A stretch of 63,711 nucleotides of DNA, the filler included, from Candidatus Babelota bacterium (GTDB lineage: Bacteria; JAGOBX01): the NCBI GenBank assembly GCA_017999075.1. It is 9 parts of 9 records of this genome, joined end to end, with 100 filler letters (N's around TTAATTAATTAA, not from the genome) between each part and the next. Parts side by side here need not be neighbours in the genome. Positions count along the whole stretch, not along the records: positions 49,764 to 56,691 come from JAGOBX010000187.1; positions 56,792 to 63,711 come from JAGOBX010000188.1; 7 more parts are not named here. The stretch is one strand, 5' to 3'. The position numbers and the translations under genes are program-made. Shown here piece after piece: positions 50,696 to 61,549 of this stretch. The first letter of the stretch is position 1. Each line of letters begins with the position of its first letter. The notes under the pieces were generated by a model that saw only the letters and a list, made by a program, of their open reading frames with translations, had not been told where the DNA came from and ran no database searches.

Positions 50696-51819
50696 AAGTA
50701 CTGCATATTCACACCCTGCCTGTAATCAGCGGATCAGGTATAAATACTTTTTTAACAATGAAATTATCCGATCCCATTTTCGAATCTTCAATCGCATGCA
50801 GACCAGGAGGCAAATTGGAAGATCTGGTTAAAATAAATAATTTTGAATTTTTCCCTATCAATAATTTCATAGCTCCTGCAAATCCTTACCGCGATATAAT
50901 GGCATTATTTGAATTGTATAAACTTTTAAAAAGTTATAAATTTGATATTATTCACACTCACAATTCAAAAGCAGGTTTTATAGGACGTCTTGCAGGAAAA
51001 CTTGCAGGAAACGTTAAAATTGTACATACTGTTCACGGTTTCGCTTTTCACTCAAAAGAAAAATGGTATAACAGATTAATTTATCTTTTTCTTGAAAAAC
51101 TCGCTTCAAACTGGGCTGACAGGTTGATTTTTATTTCACAGCCTTTAATCGAATGGGCAAAAAACGAAAGACTTATAAAATGCGCATTTAAAAAAATATA
51201 CAGCGGAATAGATACTGACAATTTTAAAATTCCTGATGAACAGAAAAAAAACGAAATCAGAAAAAAATTTTTTATTTCCGAAAATAATTTTGTAATCGGC
51301 GAAGTGGCAAAATTGTGGGAAGGAAAAGGTCATAAAACAATTATTAAATCAGTAAAATACCTTAAATCAAAAATTCCGGAATTAAAAGTGTTATTCATTG
51401 GAGAAGGATATTTACAGGATGAACTTGAACTTATAGTAAAACAAAACGGATTATCAGATACAATAATTTTTACCGGATTTGTTGAAAATGTCCATGATTT
51501 CACTTCTATCCTCGACATATCTTTATTGATATCTGATTTTGAAGGAATGGGTAGAGTTATACTTGAATCCATGATTTGCGAGGTTCCTGTAATAGCAACT
51601 GCTGTCGGCGGAATAATCGATATAATAAAAAATAATGAAACCGGAATTTTAATTGAACCGGCTAACCCAGAAATGTTAGCTGAAAAAATCCTGATGTTAT
51701 ATAATAATCCTGAATTAGGTGCGTATCTGGTTAAAAATGCAAAGAAACGTTTAAATACAGAATTCACCGCAAAAGAAATGGTAAATCAGATAAATGAAAT
51801 TTACCGGAGCCTGATGTAA
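50674..51819 (+). CDS. Glycosyltransferase family 4 (GT-B)
   Basis: 'DIIHTHNSKAG', 'VHTVHGF', 'KGH', 'FEGMGRVILESM...PVIATAVGGI'. Confidence 0.94.
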   Translation: MDYIRKIKVLHIHTLPVISGSGINTFLTMKLSDPIFESSIACRPGGKLEDLVKINNFEFFPINNFIAPANPYRDIMALFELYKLLKSYKFDIIHTHNSKAGFIGRLAGKLAGNVKIVHTVHGFAFHSKEKWYNRLIYLFLEKLASNWADRLIFISQPLIEWAKNERLIKCAFKKIYSGIDTDNFKIPDEQKKNEIRKKFFISENNFVIGEVAKLWEGKGHKTIIKSVKYLKSKIPELKVLFIGEGYLQDELELIVKQNGLSDTIIFTGFVENVHDFTSILDISLLISDFEGMGRVILESMICEVPVIATAVGGIIDIIKNNETGILIEPANPEMLAEKILMLYNNPELGAYLVKNAKKRLNTEFTAKEMVNQINEIYRSLM

Positions 51820-51870
51820 TAATGGAACTGTCCAATAATTTTATTTTCATAATATAATAATAAAAAACAT

Positions 51871-51899
51871 TTGACAAAATACTTCTAACTTTCTATAAT
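51871..51899 (+). promoter_or_regulatory. Perfect-consensus sigma70 promoter (TTGACA-17-TATAAT) about 230 nt upstream of the next CDS
   Basis: ttgaca 51871-51876, tataat 51894-51899. Confidence 0.85.
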
Positions 51900-51929
51900 A
51901 TAAAAATAAGAAAAATAAAATTGATTTTC

Positions 51930-52068
51930 CGCTTTTTATGTAAGAATATTTTTGTTGTATAGCCTGAAAAAAAATATAAATCAATCGGCGATTTTACAAA
52001 CGTCATATAGTTAAATTTATATTTTTATTTCCTAATATTCTTCTTTTTACATAATTCAGGTAAAAGCG
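51930..52068 (+). ncRNA. Candidate structured leader or small RNA (rod with large internal loop, possible pseudoknot)
   Basis: Nested pairings 51930-36/52062-68, 51937-43/52047-53, 51944-50/52034-40, 51970-81/52015-26, plus crossing gcctgaa/ttcaggt. Confidence 0.4.
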
Positions 52069-52130
52069 CTTTATCATATTTTTTTAAATTTAGTAATAAA
52101 CCAAACGAATCAGAAAGGAACAGGATAAAG

Positions 52131-53228
52131 ATGCTTAATCAATTACAAATCGGAGATATTACAGTTAAAATTCCTATCATTCAAGGTGGAATGGGTGTAG
52201 GGATTTCATTATCAAATTTGGCTTCTGCTGTTGCTGAACAAGGCGGAATCGGCGTTATTTCAGCTACAGGAATAGCTTTTCTTGCCAAAGATTTGACCGG
52301 TGACATTAAAGCATATTCAACGATTATGTTAAACAGGGAAATTTCAGCTGCAAAAAAAAAGACAAAAGGCATCATAGGAGTTAATATTTTAGTTGCATTA
52401 ACTGATTATGAAGAACTCCTAGTTTCATCGTACGATGCCGGAGCTGATTTATTTTTTTTAGGAGCAGGGCTTCCATTAAAATTTTCAGATGCAATACCTA
52501 AAGAAAAATTAAATAAAATTTTAAAAAAAATAGTTCCTATAGTTTCTTCTGACAGAGCCGCAGTTCTTATATGTCAGACTTGGAAACGCTTGTATAATTA
52601 TATTCCTAATGCGTTCGTTGTTGAAGGTCCATTGGCAGGCGGCCATTTGGGGTTCAAAAAGGATGCCATTTTTAAAGATGAAAATAAACTTGAAATTATT
52701 ACGGCTTCAGTTATTGAAGCTTTAAAACCTTATGAAAAAGAATTTGAAAAAAATATTCCGGTAATAGCTGCCGGAGGTATTTATACAGGCGACGATATTT
52801 ATAAAATTATGAAACTTGGCGCCAAAGGAGTTCAATTGGGAACAAGATTTGTCGCCACAACAGAATGCGACGCTGACGATTCATTTAAACAGGAATATAT
52901 TAATTGCAGGCAGGAAGACATTATAATAATTCAAAGTCCTGTCGGATTGCCTGGAAGAGCAATAAAAAATCAATATTTAACCGATGTATCTGCAGGATTA
53001 AAAAAGCCTTTCAAATGTCTGTGGAAATGCTTGAAAACTTGTGATGTTACAAAAGCTCCATATTGTATAGCGTTAGCGTTATTTAACGCTCAAAACGGAA
53101 ATATTAATAATGGATTTGCTTTTTCAGGAGCTAATGCTTATAGAATCAGCAAAATCATTTCTGTAAAAGAATTATTTTCCGAATTAATATCAGAATACAA
53201 TTATTCCGAATCAATTGACAAAAAATAG
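52131..53228 (+). CDS. Nitronate monooxygenase / FabK-like flavoprotein
   Basis: 'PIIQGGMGVGIS', 'VVEGPLAGGHLG', 'PVIAAGGI', 'GVQLGTRF', 'SPVGLPGRA'. Confidence 0.92.
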   Translation: MLNQLQIGDITVKIPIIQGGMGVGISLSNLASAVAEQGGIGVISATGIAFLAKDLTGDIKAYSTIMLNREISAAKKKTKGIIGVNILVALTDYEELLVSSYDAGADLFFLGAGLPLKFSDAIPKEKLNKILKKIVPIVSSDRAAVLICQTWKRLYNYIPNAFVVEGPLAGGHLGFKKDAIFKDENKLEIITASVIEALKPYEKEFEKNIPVIAAGGIYTGDDIYKIMKLGAKGVQLGTRFVATTECDADDSFKQEYINCRQEDIIIIQSPVGLPGRAIKNQYLTDVSAGLKKPFKCLWKCLKTCDVTKAPYCIALALFNAQNGNINNGFAFSGANAYRISKIISVKELFSELISEYNYSESIDKK

Positions 53229-53376
53229 TTTATTTATATTATTTTATACATATTTAAAAAACCGTATGTATCTGAAAAATGTCCTCTTAATTTTCCCGGT
53301 TGAAAGAATATAATTTTAAAAAAAATCATTGACAATTTAATATAAAATAATGTAGTATTAATCAAAATTTTTTTAT

Positions 53377-54540
53377 ATGGAATTGTTTATGAAAATAAAA
53401 TCAGGAATATTCTTATTAATTACCTTAATAATTTGCTGCAATGCAGTTTATGCCGATTCCGCTTCAGCGCCTAACGGCAAAGATTTTTTTGATAAAGGAA
53501 TGAATTTTTATTACTTAAATAATTTAAAAGACGCTTTATCAAATTTTTCAGATGCGGTAAAATCAAACCCAAATAATTCTCAATACAGGTTTTATCTTGG
53601 AAAAACATTATTTAAACTTAAAGAATATCAAAAGGCAATCAAAGAACTTGAAACTGCATTAAGTTTAAAAGAACCTTCAGACGAAGTTATAAGATTTCTT
53701 GCAGAATCTTACTTCACAATTCAGGAATGGCAAAAAGCATTAAAAATGTACGGTATTCTTTCTGAAAAATTTCCAAATGAATTTGAAATACATTTCAAAT
53801 TAGGTCAATTATTTTTTGTTCAGGATATAAATGATTTAAATAAAGCAAGAAAACATTTCGATATAGCCTTGAAACTTGCGCCATTAAACCCTTATGTCAG
53901 ATATTTCATAGGAAGAATTTATTTAAAACAGAATCAGTTTCCTGAAGCTATTAGCGAATTCGATAAAGCAGTTTCAACTGATCCGAGCAACGGTCTGTTT
54001 TATTATTGGCGGGGAAATGCACATTACGCTCAAATGGATTTTTATAATCCTAAAGACGAACACTGGAAATCGGACGATGATTTCAGAAAATCAATGGAAC
54101 TCGGATTTGATCAGGCACAAACATATTTTATGTTTGCAAACACATGTTTAAACCGCGGGTTGTATTATATGAACAATAACAGAGAAGCTGACGGTGTTGA
54201 GTTATTAAAAAGCAGTACTAATTATTATAGAAAAGTAATAATTTTACAGCCTGATGCTTCAAACGCTTTCAACAATCTTGGCCTTGCTTATCTCGGATTA
54301 AACAAAATTCAGGAATCAATTCTTGCATTTAAAAAAGCAATTGAAATAGAACCTACTGTTTCATTTTTTCATAATAATCTCGGTGATGCTTATTTTAAAC
54401 TCGGTAATTTTAAAGATTCTATAACTGAATGGGAACTTGCTCTTGAACTTGAACCTGATCCTGATAATATACGAAGTTCATTATTCGGCGACAAACGCAA
54501 TCTGCGCGATAAAATCAGAGATGCAGAACGCAGACAATAA
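53377..54540 (+). CDS. Exported tetratricopeptide-repeat protein
   Basis: Signal peptide; multiple 34-aa TPRs, e.g. 'AFNNLGLAYLGLNKIQESILAFKKAIEIEP'. Confidence 0.9.
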   Translation: MELFMKIKSGIFLLITLIICCNAVYADSASAPNGKDFFDKGMNFYYLNNLKDALSNFSDAVKSNPNNSQYRFYLGKTLFKLKEYQKAIKELETALSLKEPSDEVIRFLAESYFTIQEWQKALKMYGILSEKFPNEFEIHFKLGQLFFVQDINDLNKARKHFDIALKLAPLNPYVRYFIGRIYLKQNQFPEAISEFDKAVSTDPSNGLFYYWRGNAHYAQMDFYNPKDEHWKSDDDFRKSMELGFDQAQTYFMFANTCLNRGLYYMNNNREADGVELLKSSTNYYRKVIILQPDASNAFNNLGLAYLGLNKIQESILAFKKAIEIEPTVSFFHNNLGDAYFKLGNFKDSITEWELALELEPDPDNIRSSLFGDKRNLRDKIRDAERRQ

Positions 54541-54612
54541 ATTTCTTAAGAATTTTCAAGAATAGCCATCAAATAAATTTTAATGACTATTCTTGTTTTT
54601 CAAATACTGTTT

Positions 54613-56691
54613 TTATTTAACATTGCATACAATTTCATTTTTAATAACATCTATCAGTATATTCTGATTTTCAGTGATTTCACCTGCAATAATTTTTCTG
54701 CTTATAAGAGTTTCAATATTTTTCTGCAAAAACCGTTTAACAGGTCTTGCTCCGAATGCAGGATTATAAGCCGTATCACTTATATAATCCAGTGTTTTAT
54801 CAGTAATATCCAGATTTATGGAACGGTTTTCCAATCTTTTTTTAATGTATTCAAACTGTAAAACGGTTATCTGTTTAATTTCATTTTTAGTAAGAGGCTT
54901 GAAAATAACAGTTTCATCAATTCTATTTAGAAATTCTGGTTTAAAATAAGATTTCATAAGTTTAAAAACATTTTCTGCCGTTTTGCCGAAATCTCCTTTT
55001 TTTTCTGCAGCTTCAAGAAGAATTTCACTGCCTATGTTGGATGTCATTATTATAACCGAATTCTTAAAATCAACTATTTTTCCTCTACTGTCAGTTAACC
55101 GCCCATCATCAAGCAGTTGAAGAAGTATATTAAAGACATCCGGGTGAGCTTTTTCAATTTCATCAAATAGTATGACTGAATAAGGTTTTCTCCTTACTGA
55201 TTCAGTAAGCTGGCCGCCTTCGTCATATCCCACATAACCTGGAGGCGCTCCTATAAGTTTTGAAACACTGTGTTTTTCCATATATTCGGTCATATCTATA
55301 CGAATCATATTTTTTTCACTGTCAAACAAAGTTTGAGCCAGAGTCTTGGCAAGTTCTGTTTTCCCGACTCCGGTCGGTCCCAAAAAAATAAATGATCCAA
55401 CCGGTTTATCAGGGTCTTTCAGCCCGCTTCTGCTGCGCAGAACAGCTTCAACAACAGAATCCACAGCTTCATCCTGACCTATCACTCTTTTATGAAGAAT
55501 TTCAGAAAGACGTAATAGTTTATCTCTTTCCCCTTCCATTAATTTAGTTACCGGTATTCCTGTCCATTTTGAAACTATTTCTGCAATTTCTTCAGAGTTA
55601 ACCTCTTCTTTCAGCAATGTATCATTTTTTTGTTTGTATAAAAATTCAAGATTTTCTATTTTTTTTTCAAGTTCAACGAGTTTTCCGTATTTCAATTCTG
55701 CTGCTTTATTCAAATCATAATCACGTTCAGCTTTTTCAATCAGAAGTTTTACTTTTTCAATTTGTTCACGAACATCCTTAATTTCCAAAATATTTTTTTT
55801 TTCATTTTCCCATTTAACTTTCAACAAACTGCTTCTATCTCTCAATTCTGAAATTTCAGCCGAAATTTTTTCAAGTCTAATTTTACTGTCGTTATCCTTT
55901 TCTTTTTTCAACGCTTCACGCTCAATTTCAAGTTGAGTTGTCCGCCTGATAATTTCGTCAAGTTCTGAGGGCATAGAATCAATTTCAATCCTGATTTTTG
56001 AAGAGGCTTCATCTACAATGTCAATAGCTTTATCCGGTAAAAACCTGTCAGTAATATATCTGTTTGACAAGACTGCAGCAGATACCAGAGCGCTATCTTG
56101 AATTTTAATTCCATGATGGACCTCAAAACGTTCCTTAAGTCCACGCAATATTGAAATTGTATCTTCAACATTCGGCTGTTCAACCAGTACAGTTTGAAAC
56201 CTGCGCTCAAGCGCTGCATCTTTTTCAATATATTTCCTATACTCATCAAGAGTAGTAGCTCCGATACAATGCAATTCGCCTCTGGCAAGCATAGGTTTCA
56301 GCATATTGCCTGCATCAACAGAACCTTCTGCCTTACCAGCGCCTACAATCAAATGAAGTTCATCTATAAACAAAATTATATTTCCGCTATTCTGAATTTC
56401 CTTAAGCACAGCTTTCAAACGTTCTTCAAATTCTCCCCTGAATTTTGCTCCTGCTATCAAAGCTCCGATATCAAGTGCAAAAATAGTTTTATTTTTCAAG
56501 CATTCAGGAACATCGCCACGGACTATACGTTGAGCCAATCCTTCTACAATAGCAGTTTTACCAACTCCAGGTTCTCCTATAAGCACAGGATTATTTTTAG
56601 TTTTCCTTGACAAAATACGTATAACTCTCCGTATTTCTTCATCCCTGCCTATAACAGGTTCTAACTTTCCTGATTTTGCAAATTCAACTAA
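54613..56691 (-). CDS. clpB: ATP-dependent chaperone ClpB (N-terminus lost at contig end)
   Basis: Two AAA+ modules ('GEPGVGKT', 'GPTGVGKT'), long coiled-coil M domain ('[11 protein letters not shown]'), 'GAPPGYVGY'; frame open to 56691. Confidence 0.96.
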   Translation of the reverse strand, partial: LVEFAKSGKLEPVIGRDEEIRRVIRILSRKTKNNPVLIGEPGVGKTAIVEGLAQRIVRGDVPECLKNKTIFALDIGALIAGAKFRGEFEERLKAVLKEIQNSGNIILFIDELHLIVGAGKAEGSVDAGNMLKPMLARGELHCIGATTLDEYRKYIEKDAALERRFQTVLVEQPNVEDTISILRGLKERFEVHHGIKIQDSALVSAAVLSNRYITDRFLPDKAIDIVDEASSKIRIEIDSMPSELDEIIRRTTQLEIEREALKKEKDNDSKIRLEKISAEISELRDRSSLLKVKWENEKKNILEIKDVREQIEKVKLLIEKAERDYDLNKAAELKYGKLVELEKKIENLEFLYKQKNDTLLKEEVNSEEIAEIVSKWTGIPVTKLMEGERDKLLRLSEILHKRVIGQDEAVDSVVEAVLRSRSGLKDPDKPVGSFIFLGPTGVGKTELAKTLAQTLFDSEKNMIRIDMTEYMEKHSVSKLIGAPPGYVGYDEGGQLTESVRRKPYSVILFDEIEKAHPDVFNILLQLLDDGRLTDSRGKIVDFKNSVIIMTSNIGSEILLEAAEKKGDFGKTAENVFKLMKSYFKPEFLNRIDETVIFKPLTKNEIKQITVLQFEYIKKRLENRSINLDITDKTLDYISDTAYNPAFGARPVKRFLQKNIETLISRKIIAGEITENQNILIDVIKNEIVCNVK

Positions 56692-56791
56692 NNNNNNNNN
56701 NNNNNNNNNNNNNNNNNNNNNNNNNNNNNNNNNNNTTAATTAATTAANNNNNNNNNNNNNNNNNNNNNNNNNNNNNNNNNNNNNNNNNNNN
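56692..56791. other. Artificial contig linker
   Basis: N44-TTAATTAATTAA-N44. Confidence 0.98.
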
Positions 56792-57247
56792 GGAAGCGGT
56801 TTCGGAAGGCAATACAATCAAATTATTATTAGAAAATATTAATGTATAAACCTTTGATTGTCTTGAAAATTTGTTAAAATTTCAAAAAAAAAATTTGATT
56901 TGGAAAAAGTTTGTCTGGCAGATTTTATGAAATTGCCTTTTAAAAATAGGGCGGTAAAGTATATATTTGCAAGTGCTTCGCTTCTTCATATTCCTAAAAA
57001 ATATATTGATATAATTTTTTCAGGGTTATATGAAATCTTAGAAAAAAAAGGAAAAATTTTTTTTTCGCTGAAAAAAGGAGTAAGTGAAAATTCCGATGAA
57101 AATAAAAGATTTTTTGCTTATTATTCTGAATTTGAAATACTGAAAATAATGGAACGAAATAAGTTTAATAGTTTGGAAATTTCTACAATTCCATCTGCTG
57201 ATTCCAGAAAAATTGAATGGATAATGGTTTTTGCCGAAAAAATGTGA
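56792..57247 (+). CDS. SAM-dependent methyltransferase fragment; first ~100 nt broken by stops or frameshifts at the contig edge
   Basis: 'GSGFGR' at the contig start; 'ADFMKLPF...IFASASLLHIPK...GKIFFSLK..G...RFFAYY'. Confidence 0.65.
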
Positions 57248-57331
57248 ATTGAAAATCAGATGAAATAAATAAATGTTTTATTTATATTTGTTGTACTAAA
57301 AATTTATATTGTTTAAGGATTGGTTAAAAAT

Positions 57332-58435
57332 ATGAAAATTGAACTTGTTGATTTAAAACGTCAATATGAAAAAATTAAAAATGAAATTGATTGCGCTATT
57401 AAAAAAGTTATAGAAAAAACAGCGTTTATTTCAGGAGAATTCGCTAAAAAATTTGAAAAAGAGTTTGCGGATTATCTTGGCGTTAAAAACTGTATATGCG
57501 TAAGTAACGGCACAGATTCTTTATTTCTTGCCTTGCTTGGTATGGGAGTGAAAGATGGAGACGAGGTTATAGTCCCGGTAAATACATTTGTGGCAACCGC
57601 TGAATCTGTTTGTAGAATTGGCGCTAAACCCGTATTTATTGATAATGACCCTGTAACTTATAATATTGATGTTTCGAAAATTGAAAAGGGAATCACATCA
57701 AAAACCAAGGCAATTATTCCTGTTCATTTATATGGCTGTCCTGCCGAAATGGATGAAATAATGAAATTGGCAAGTAAATACAAATTGAAAGTACTTGAAG
57801 ATTCTGCTCAAGCTCATGGTGCGTTATACCGCGGGAAAAAAATTGGGACAATAGGAGATTGCGGCAGTTTTAGTTTTTATCCCGGGAAAAATCTCGGAGC
57901 TTACGGAGATGCAGGTTGCATTGTAACTAATAACAATGAATTGGCTGAAAAGATCAGAATGCTGGCTGATCATGGAAGAACCGGGAAATATGAGCACAAA
58001 ATTATCGGGTTTAACCACAGGTTTGATGGAATACAGGGAGCGGTATTGTCTGTGAAACTGAAATATCTTGAAGAATGGAATGACCGAAGAATTCAGATTG
58101 CAGAAATTTATAACAGAAATATAGATAACAGTAAATATATTTTACCGGAAATACCGGTTAATTTTAAATCTGTTTATCATCTATATGTTATTAGAACTGA
58201 AAAATTTCTTCGTGAAACTGTAATGAAAAAATTAAATGAAAACGGAATAGCGTGCGGAATACATTATCCTGTACCACTGCATTTGCAGCACGCATTTGAA
58301 TTTCTCGGATACAGAAAAGGAGATTTCCCTGAATCGGAAAAATATTCAGAACAAATATTTTCTATCCCTATGCATCCTGAACTTGAAAATGATGAAATTA
58401 AGTTGATTTGCAGGATTTTGAATTCTGTTTCTTGA
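57332..58435 (+). CDS. DegT/DnrJ/EryC1/StrS-family PLP-dependent sugar aminotransferase
   Basis: 'SNGTDSL', 'IIPVHLYG', 'EDSAQAHG', 'SFYPGKNLGAYGDAG', 'HYPVPLH'. Confidence 0.96.
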   Translation: MKIELVDLKRQYEKIKNEIDCAIKKVIEKTAFISGEFAKKFEKEFADYLGVKNCICVSNGTDSLFLALLGMGVKDGDEVIVPVNTFVATAESVCRIGAKPVFIDNDPVTYNIDVSKIEKGITSKTKAIIPVHLYGCPAEMDEIMKLASKYKLKVLEDSAQAHGALYRGKKIGTIGDCGSFSFYPGKNLGAYGDAGCIVTNNNELAEKIRMLADHGRTGKYEHKIIGFNHRFDGIQGAVLSVKLKYLEEWNDRRIQIAEIYNRNIDNSKYILPEIPVNFKSVYHLYVIRTEKFLRETVMKKLNENGIACGIHYPVPLHLQHAFEFLGYRKGDFPESEKYSEQIFSIPMHPELENDEIKLICRILNSVS

Positions 58436-58507
58436 TTGTGAATACAGGGTATAAGAAAACTGAATATAATTTTATAGACATAAAAAAATTATTTAAGGAT
58501 TGATTGT

Positions 58508-59632
58508 TTGAAACCTAAAATTATTGAACGATATATTTTAAGTGTTTATATTCCTATATTTTTTTTAATATCTTTTTTGTTCCTGGTTTTTTTTGTAGTT
58601 GGAGACCTTGTAGATATTTCAAAAACAGTTATTACAAATTCCATAGATTTTTCTGTAATGACGGAATATTTCATAAATATTATACCGTTTTATTATGTTA
58701 AATATATAATGCCGATTTCTAACTTGCTTGCGGTTTTTATTTCAATTGCTTTATTAATGAGGAATAATGAACTTATAGCAATGAGGTCATGCGGTTTATC
58801 TTCTGCATATATTTTTATGCCTATAATATTATTTTCAATTTTATTATCTGCTGTATCAATATATTTTTCTCTTGAAATAATACCTCAGCATAAACAAAAA
58901 GCGCGTTCTGTGAAAAGCTACAAAATTAAATTAAAAGAAATTAATAACGATGTCATATACGATTTATTTTTAAATGTAAAAACAAATGTTACAGTTTCTG
59001 CAGAATCGTTTCATTTTATGGATAAAACTTCGGTAAAAATTAATAAAATAACTTTGACAGAATCTGCCAACAGCATTATAAAAATGAGAATTGACGCTGA
59101 TGAATGCAGATATGAAAATTTTAACTGGATAATGTATAACGGAGCTAAACGGATTTGGTCTGGCGGAGAAGAAATAAGTATGATCCCGTTTGAAAAATTT
59201 AATTTGTCTAAAGAACTTGGTTTTAACGAATCGCCAGAAGATATTTATGCGTTATATAAAATTCAAAACATTGATAAAGATGAATTCACTTATTCAGAAT
59301 TGAAAAAATATTCTGTGCTTTTTAAAAAAACAGGATTTCAAAGCGAATGGATACTTACGGATTTGTATTATATGCTTTCATTTCCTTTAAGCAATGTGAT
59401 TTTAATTCTGTTCGGTTTGCCAATAGCCGTACATTCTTCCAAAACCAATATTTCATACGGATTTGGCTTAAGTTTAATGATTTGTTTTGTTTTTTGGATC
59501 AGCACTTATATTTGTGTTGCTCTTGGGCATCGCGCTATTTTAGAACCGATAATTGCGACCAATTTAACAAATTTTGTTTTTTTTATTTTAAGTTTTGTCT
59601 TGAACAGTTATTTGAAAAATAAGACGATTTGA
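58508..59632 (+). CDS. LptF/LptG-family LPS export permease
   Basis: 'IIERYI', 'MRNNELIAMRSCGLS', three TM helices, periplasmic domain, three TM helices. Confidence 0.9.
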   Translation: MKPKIIERYILSVYIPIFFLISFLFLVFFVVGDLVDISKTVITNSIDFSVMTEYFINIIPFYYVKYIMPISNLLAVFISIALLMRNNELIAMRSCGLSSAYIFMPIILFSILLSAVSIYFSLEIIPQHKQKARSVKSYKIKLKEINNDVIYDLFLNVKTNVTVSAESFHFMDKTSVKINKITLTESANSIIKMRIDADECRYENFNWIMYNGAKRIWSGGEEISMIPFEKFNLSKELGFNESPEDIYALYKIQNIDKDEFTYSELKKYSVLFKKTGFQSEWILTDLYYMLSFPLSNVILILFGLPIAVHSSKTNISYGFGLSLMICFVFWISTYICVALGHRAILEPIIATNLTNFVFFILSFVLNSYLKNKTI

Positions 59633-59729
59633 CTTTAATAAAATAAAGTGATCTGAAAAAATATCAATTTGGTTTTACTTATTTTAAGAACTGCGATTCC
59701 ATCCAAAAAATGAATGATTTCATATTAAG

Positions 59730-60518
59730 TTATGATTTTACTGAATATATTTCAATGTCTTCTGAACCGTCTTTGTTTATTCTTAGATAATATCCACCCC
59801 ATTTTTGGAGTTTGCTTAAAACCATAAATTTAATGCGTTTTTTAATAGATAATGTTGTAAATTCTGATTGTGACAATGGTTTAATACGTAGTATATGGTT
59901 GTGTCCGCAGACCACTTTGTCAGGATTAATATCATTGATGTGAGAACATAGAGTTTTAAGTGATATAGAAAGATTAATCGGCTTTTTTGCGGCATTTTTT
60001 AGTGTGCTCAAATGGCGGAACTGCCTTATAATTATTATAGCTGCGTATTTTGGAATAAGTGTTGAAATTATTTTAATAATAACGCTTCTGCTGAATTTTC
60101 TCCATAATAAATATGAAATATCATTTGCGCAGAATATATCTCCGTGTGCGAGATAGTATTTTATTCCATTGATTGAAATTGAACATTCATCTCCTAACAC
60201 TTTTATTCCTGTAGATTCTTCAAATTTTTTTCCGGCAAGAAAATCTCTGTTGCCTTTAATCAAAAATACAGGATATTTATTTTCTAATATAATTTTTTTT
60301 ATTTCTTTAAATATTTCATATTCTCCTGATAAATCATAAATTTTATTTTCAAACCAAAAGTCGACAAAATCTCCGAGTATAATTAAACATGAATTAGGAA
60401 TTTTTGCGATTTTTGATAATATATCTGTAAAATTATTATTGATTTCAGGAGTTTTTTTGTTTAAATGAGGATCTGCAATCAGATAATAAGTTTCAAAACC
60501 ATGGATTTGAACTTTCAT
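59730..60518 (-). CDS. lpxH: LpxH-like UDP-2,3-diacylglucosamine diphosphatase (calcineurin-like metallophosphoesterase)
   Basis: 'ADPHL', 'LGDFVDFW', 'GNRDFL', 'AHGD', 'GHNH'. Confidence 0.75.
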   Translation of the reverse strand: MKVQIHGFETYYLIADPHLNKKTPEINNNFTDILSKIAKIPNSCLIILGDFVDFWFENKIYDLSGEYEIFKEIKKIILENKYPVFLIKGNRDFLAGKKFEESTGIKVLGDECSISINGIKYYLAHGDIFCANDISYLLWRKFSRSVIIKIISTLIPKYAAIIIIRQFRHLSTLKNAAKKPINLSISLKTLCSHINDINPDKVVCGHNHILRIKPLSQSEFTTLSIKKRIKFMVLSKLQKWGGYYLRINKDGSEDIEIYSVKS

Positions 60519-61519
60519 TTTTCGAATTTGAAATATTTATATTGTTTTTCAGGATCGCTCTCTTTCTGTAGAGTAACCTGAAGTTCATGACCGTCGGTTA
60601 AAAATTCTATTGTCCCATTAATGTCTGATCTGTAAAGATTAGTGCTGATTTTTTTTAATTTATCAAGCGTAGGTTGATGAGGATGACCGAAATGGTTATT
60701 TTTACCGCACATTATTACAGCATATTTAGGCATTACTTCGTGTAAAAATTCTTCCGAAGTAGAAGAACGCGAACCATGATGCGCGATTTTTAAAACATCC
60801 GATTTAAGATCAGGAGAATCCCATAAAATAATCTTTTCGACTCCGTTTTCCATATCGCCTGTCAATAAAAATGATATATTAAAAAATTGCATTTTTAATA
60901 CTATTGACGAATTATTTGCGTATAATATATTTTCAGGTACAATATGAGCTACATTCAAGACTTTAGCTGTAACATTATCATCAAATGTAAGTATTTCATT
61001 TTTTTCAGGTATTGTATAACCTATATTTTTTTCCTTAACAAATTTTAAAATCTGCATATATTGAGAATTGGTTGTTTTGAAGCCTGTATCAATCAATGAT
61101 TTAACAGCAAGTTTTTTCAACAACGGAATCATTCCTCCGATATGATCAGCATGAGGATGGGAAATAATTAATTGATCTATTGATGAAATATCATATTGCT
61201 TTAAATAATCAATTATTTTTTGACCGTTGCTTTTTTTATTATTGTCATTAGACGCTCCGGCATCAAGCACTATTGTTTTTTTGTTTGGAGTTATTATAAT
61301 GGCAGCATCACCCTGACCTACATCAATAAAAGCTACAAGCAGTTTTCCCGGCTGCCATAATTGAGTCGGAATTGAAGAAACGCTGTGAATCTTATTATTT
61401 TCAAAAAAATAGAAATAATAAGACGCAAATAAAAATAAAAATATTAATGATAAGAATTTAATGATATTAGTGTTCTTATTTTGCATAACAAATAAAGTAT
61501 TTGTTTTACTGATTTTCAT
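60515..61519 (-). CDS. ComEC/Rec2-type MBL-fold hydrolase (stand-alone, membrane-anchored)
   Basis: 'FIDVGQGDA', 'SHPHADHIGG', 'NNSSIV', 'LLTGD', 'LKIAHHGS', 'FGHPH'. Confidence 0.92.
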   Translation of the reverse strand: MKISKTNTLFVMQNKNTNIIKFLSLIFLFLFASYYFYFFENNKIHSVSSIPTQLWQPGKLLVAFIDVGQGDAAIIITPNKKTIVLDAGASNDNNKKSNGQKIIDYLKQYDISSIDQLIISHPHADHIGGMIPLLKKLAVKSLIDTGFKTTNSQYMQILKFVKEKNIGYTIPEKNEILTFDDNVTAKVLNVAHIVPENILYANNSSIVLKMQFFNISFLLTGDMENGVEKIILWDSPDLKSDVLKIAHHGSRSSTSEEFLHEVMPKYAVIMCGKNNHFGHPHQPTLDKLKKISTNLYRSDINGTIEFLTDGHELQVTLQKESDPEKQYKYFKFEK

Positions 61520-61549
61520 ATTTAAATTAATAAAAATTAAAATTATAAC

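Noticed and set aside
7048-56791. Eight regularly spaced TTAATTAATTAA repeats flanked by N runs
   Set aside because: Artificial six-frame-stop linkers between contigs sorted by length; not a biological repeat or CRISPR array. ORF tails ending 'XXXLIN' are artefacts of them.
56792-56900. Stops and frameshifts in the 5' part of the methyltransferase as a programmed frameshift or pseudogene
   Set aside because: They are confined to the first ~100 nt of a contig, where low-coverage errors are the simpler explanation.
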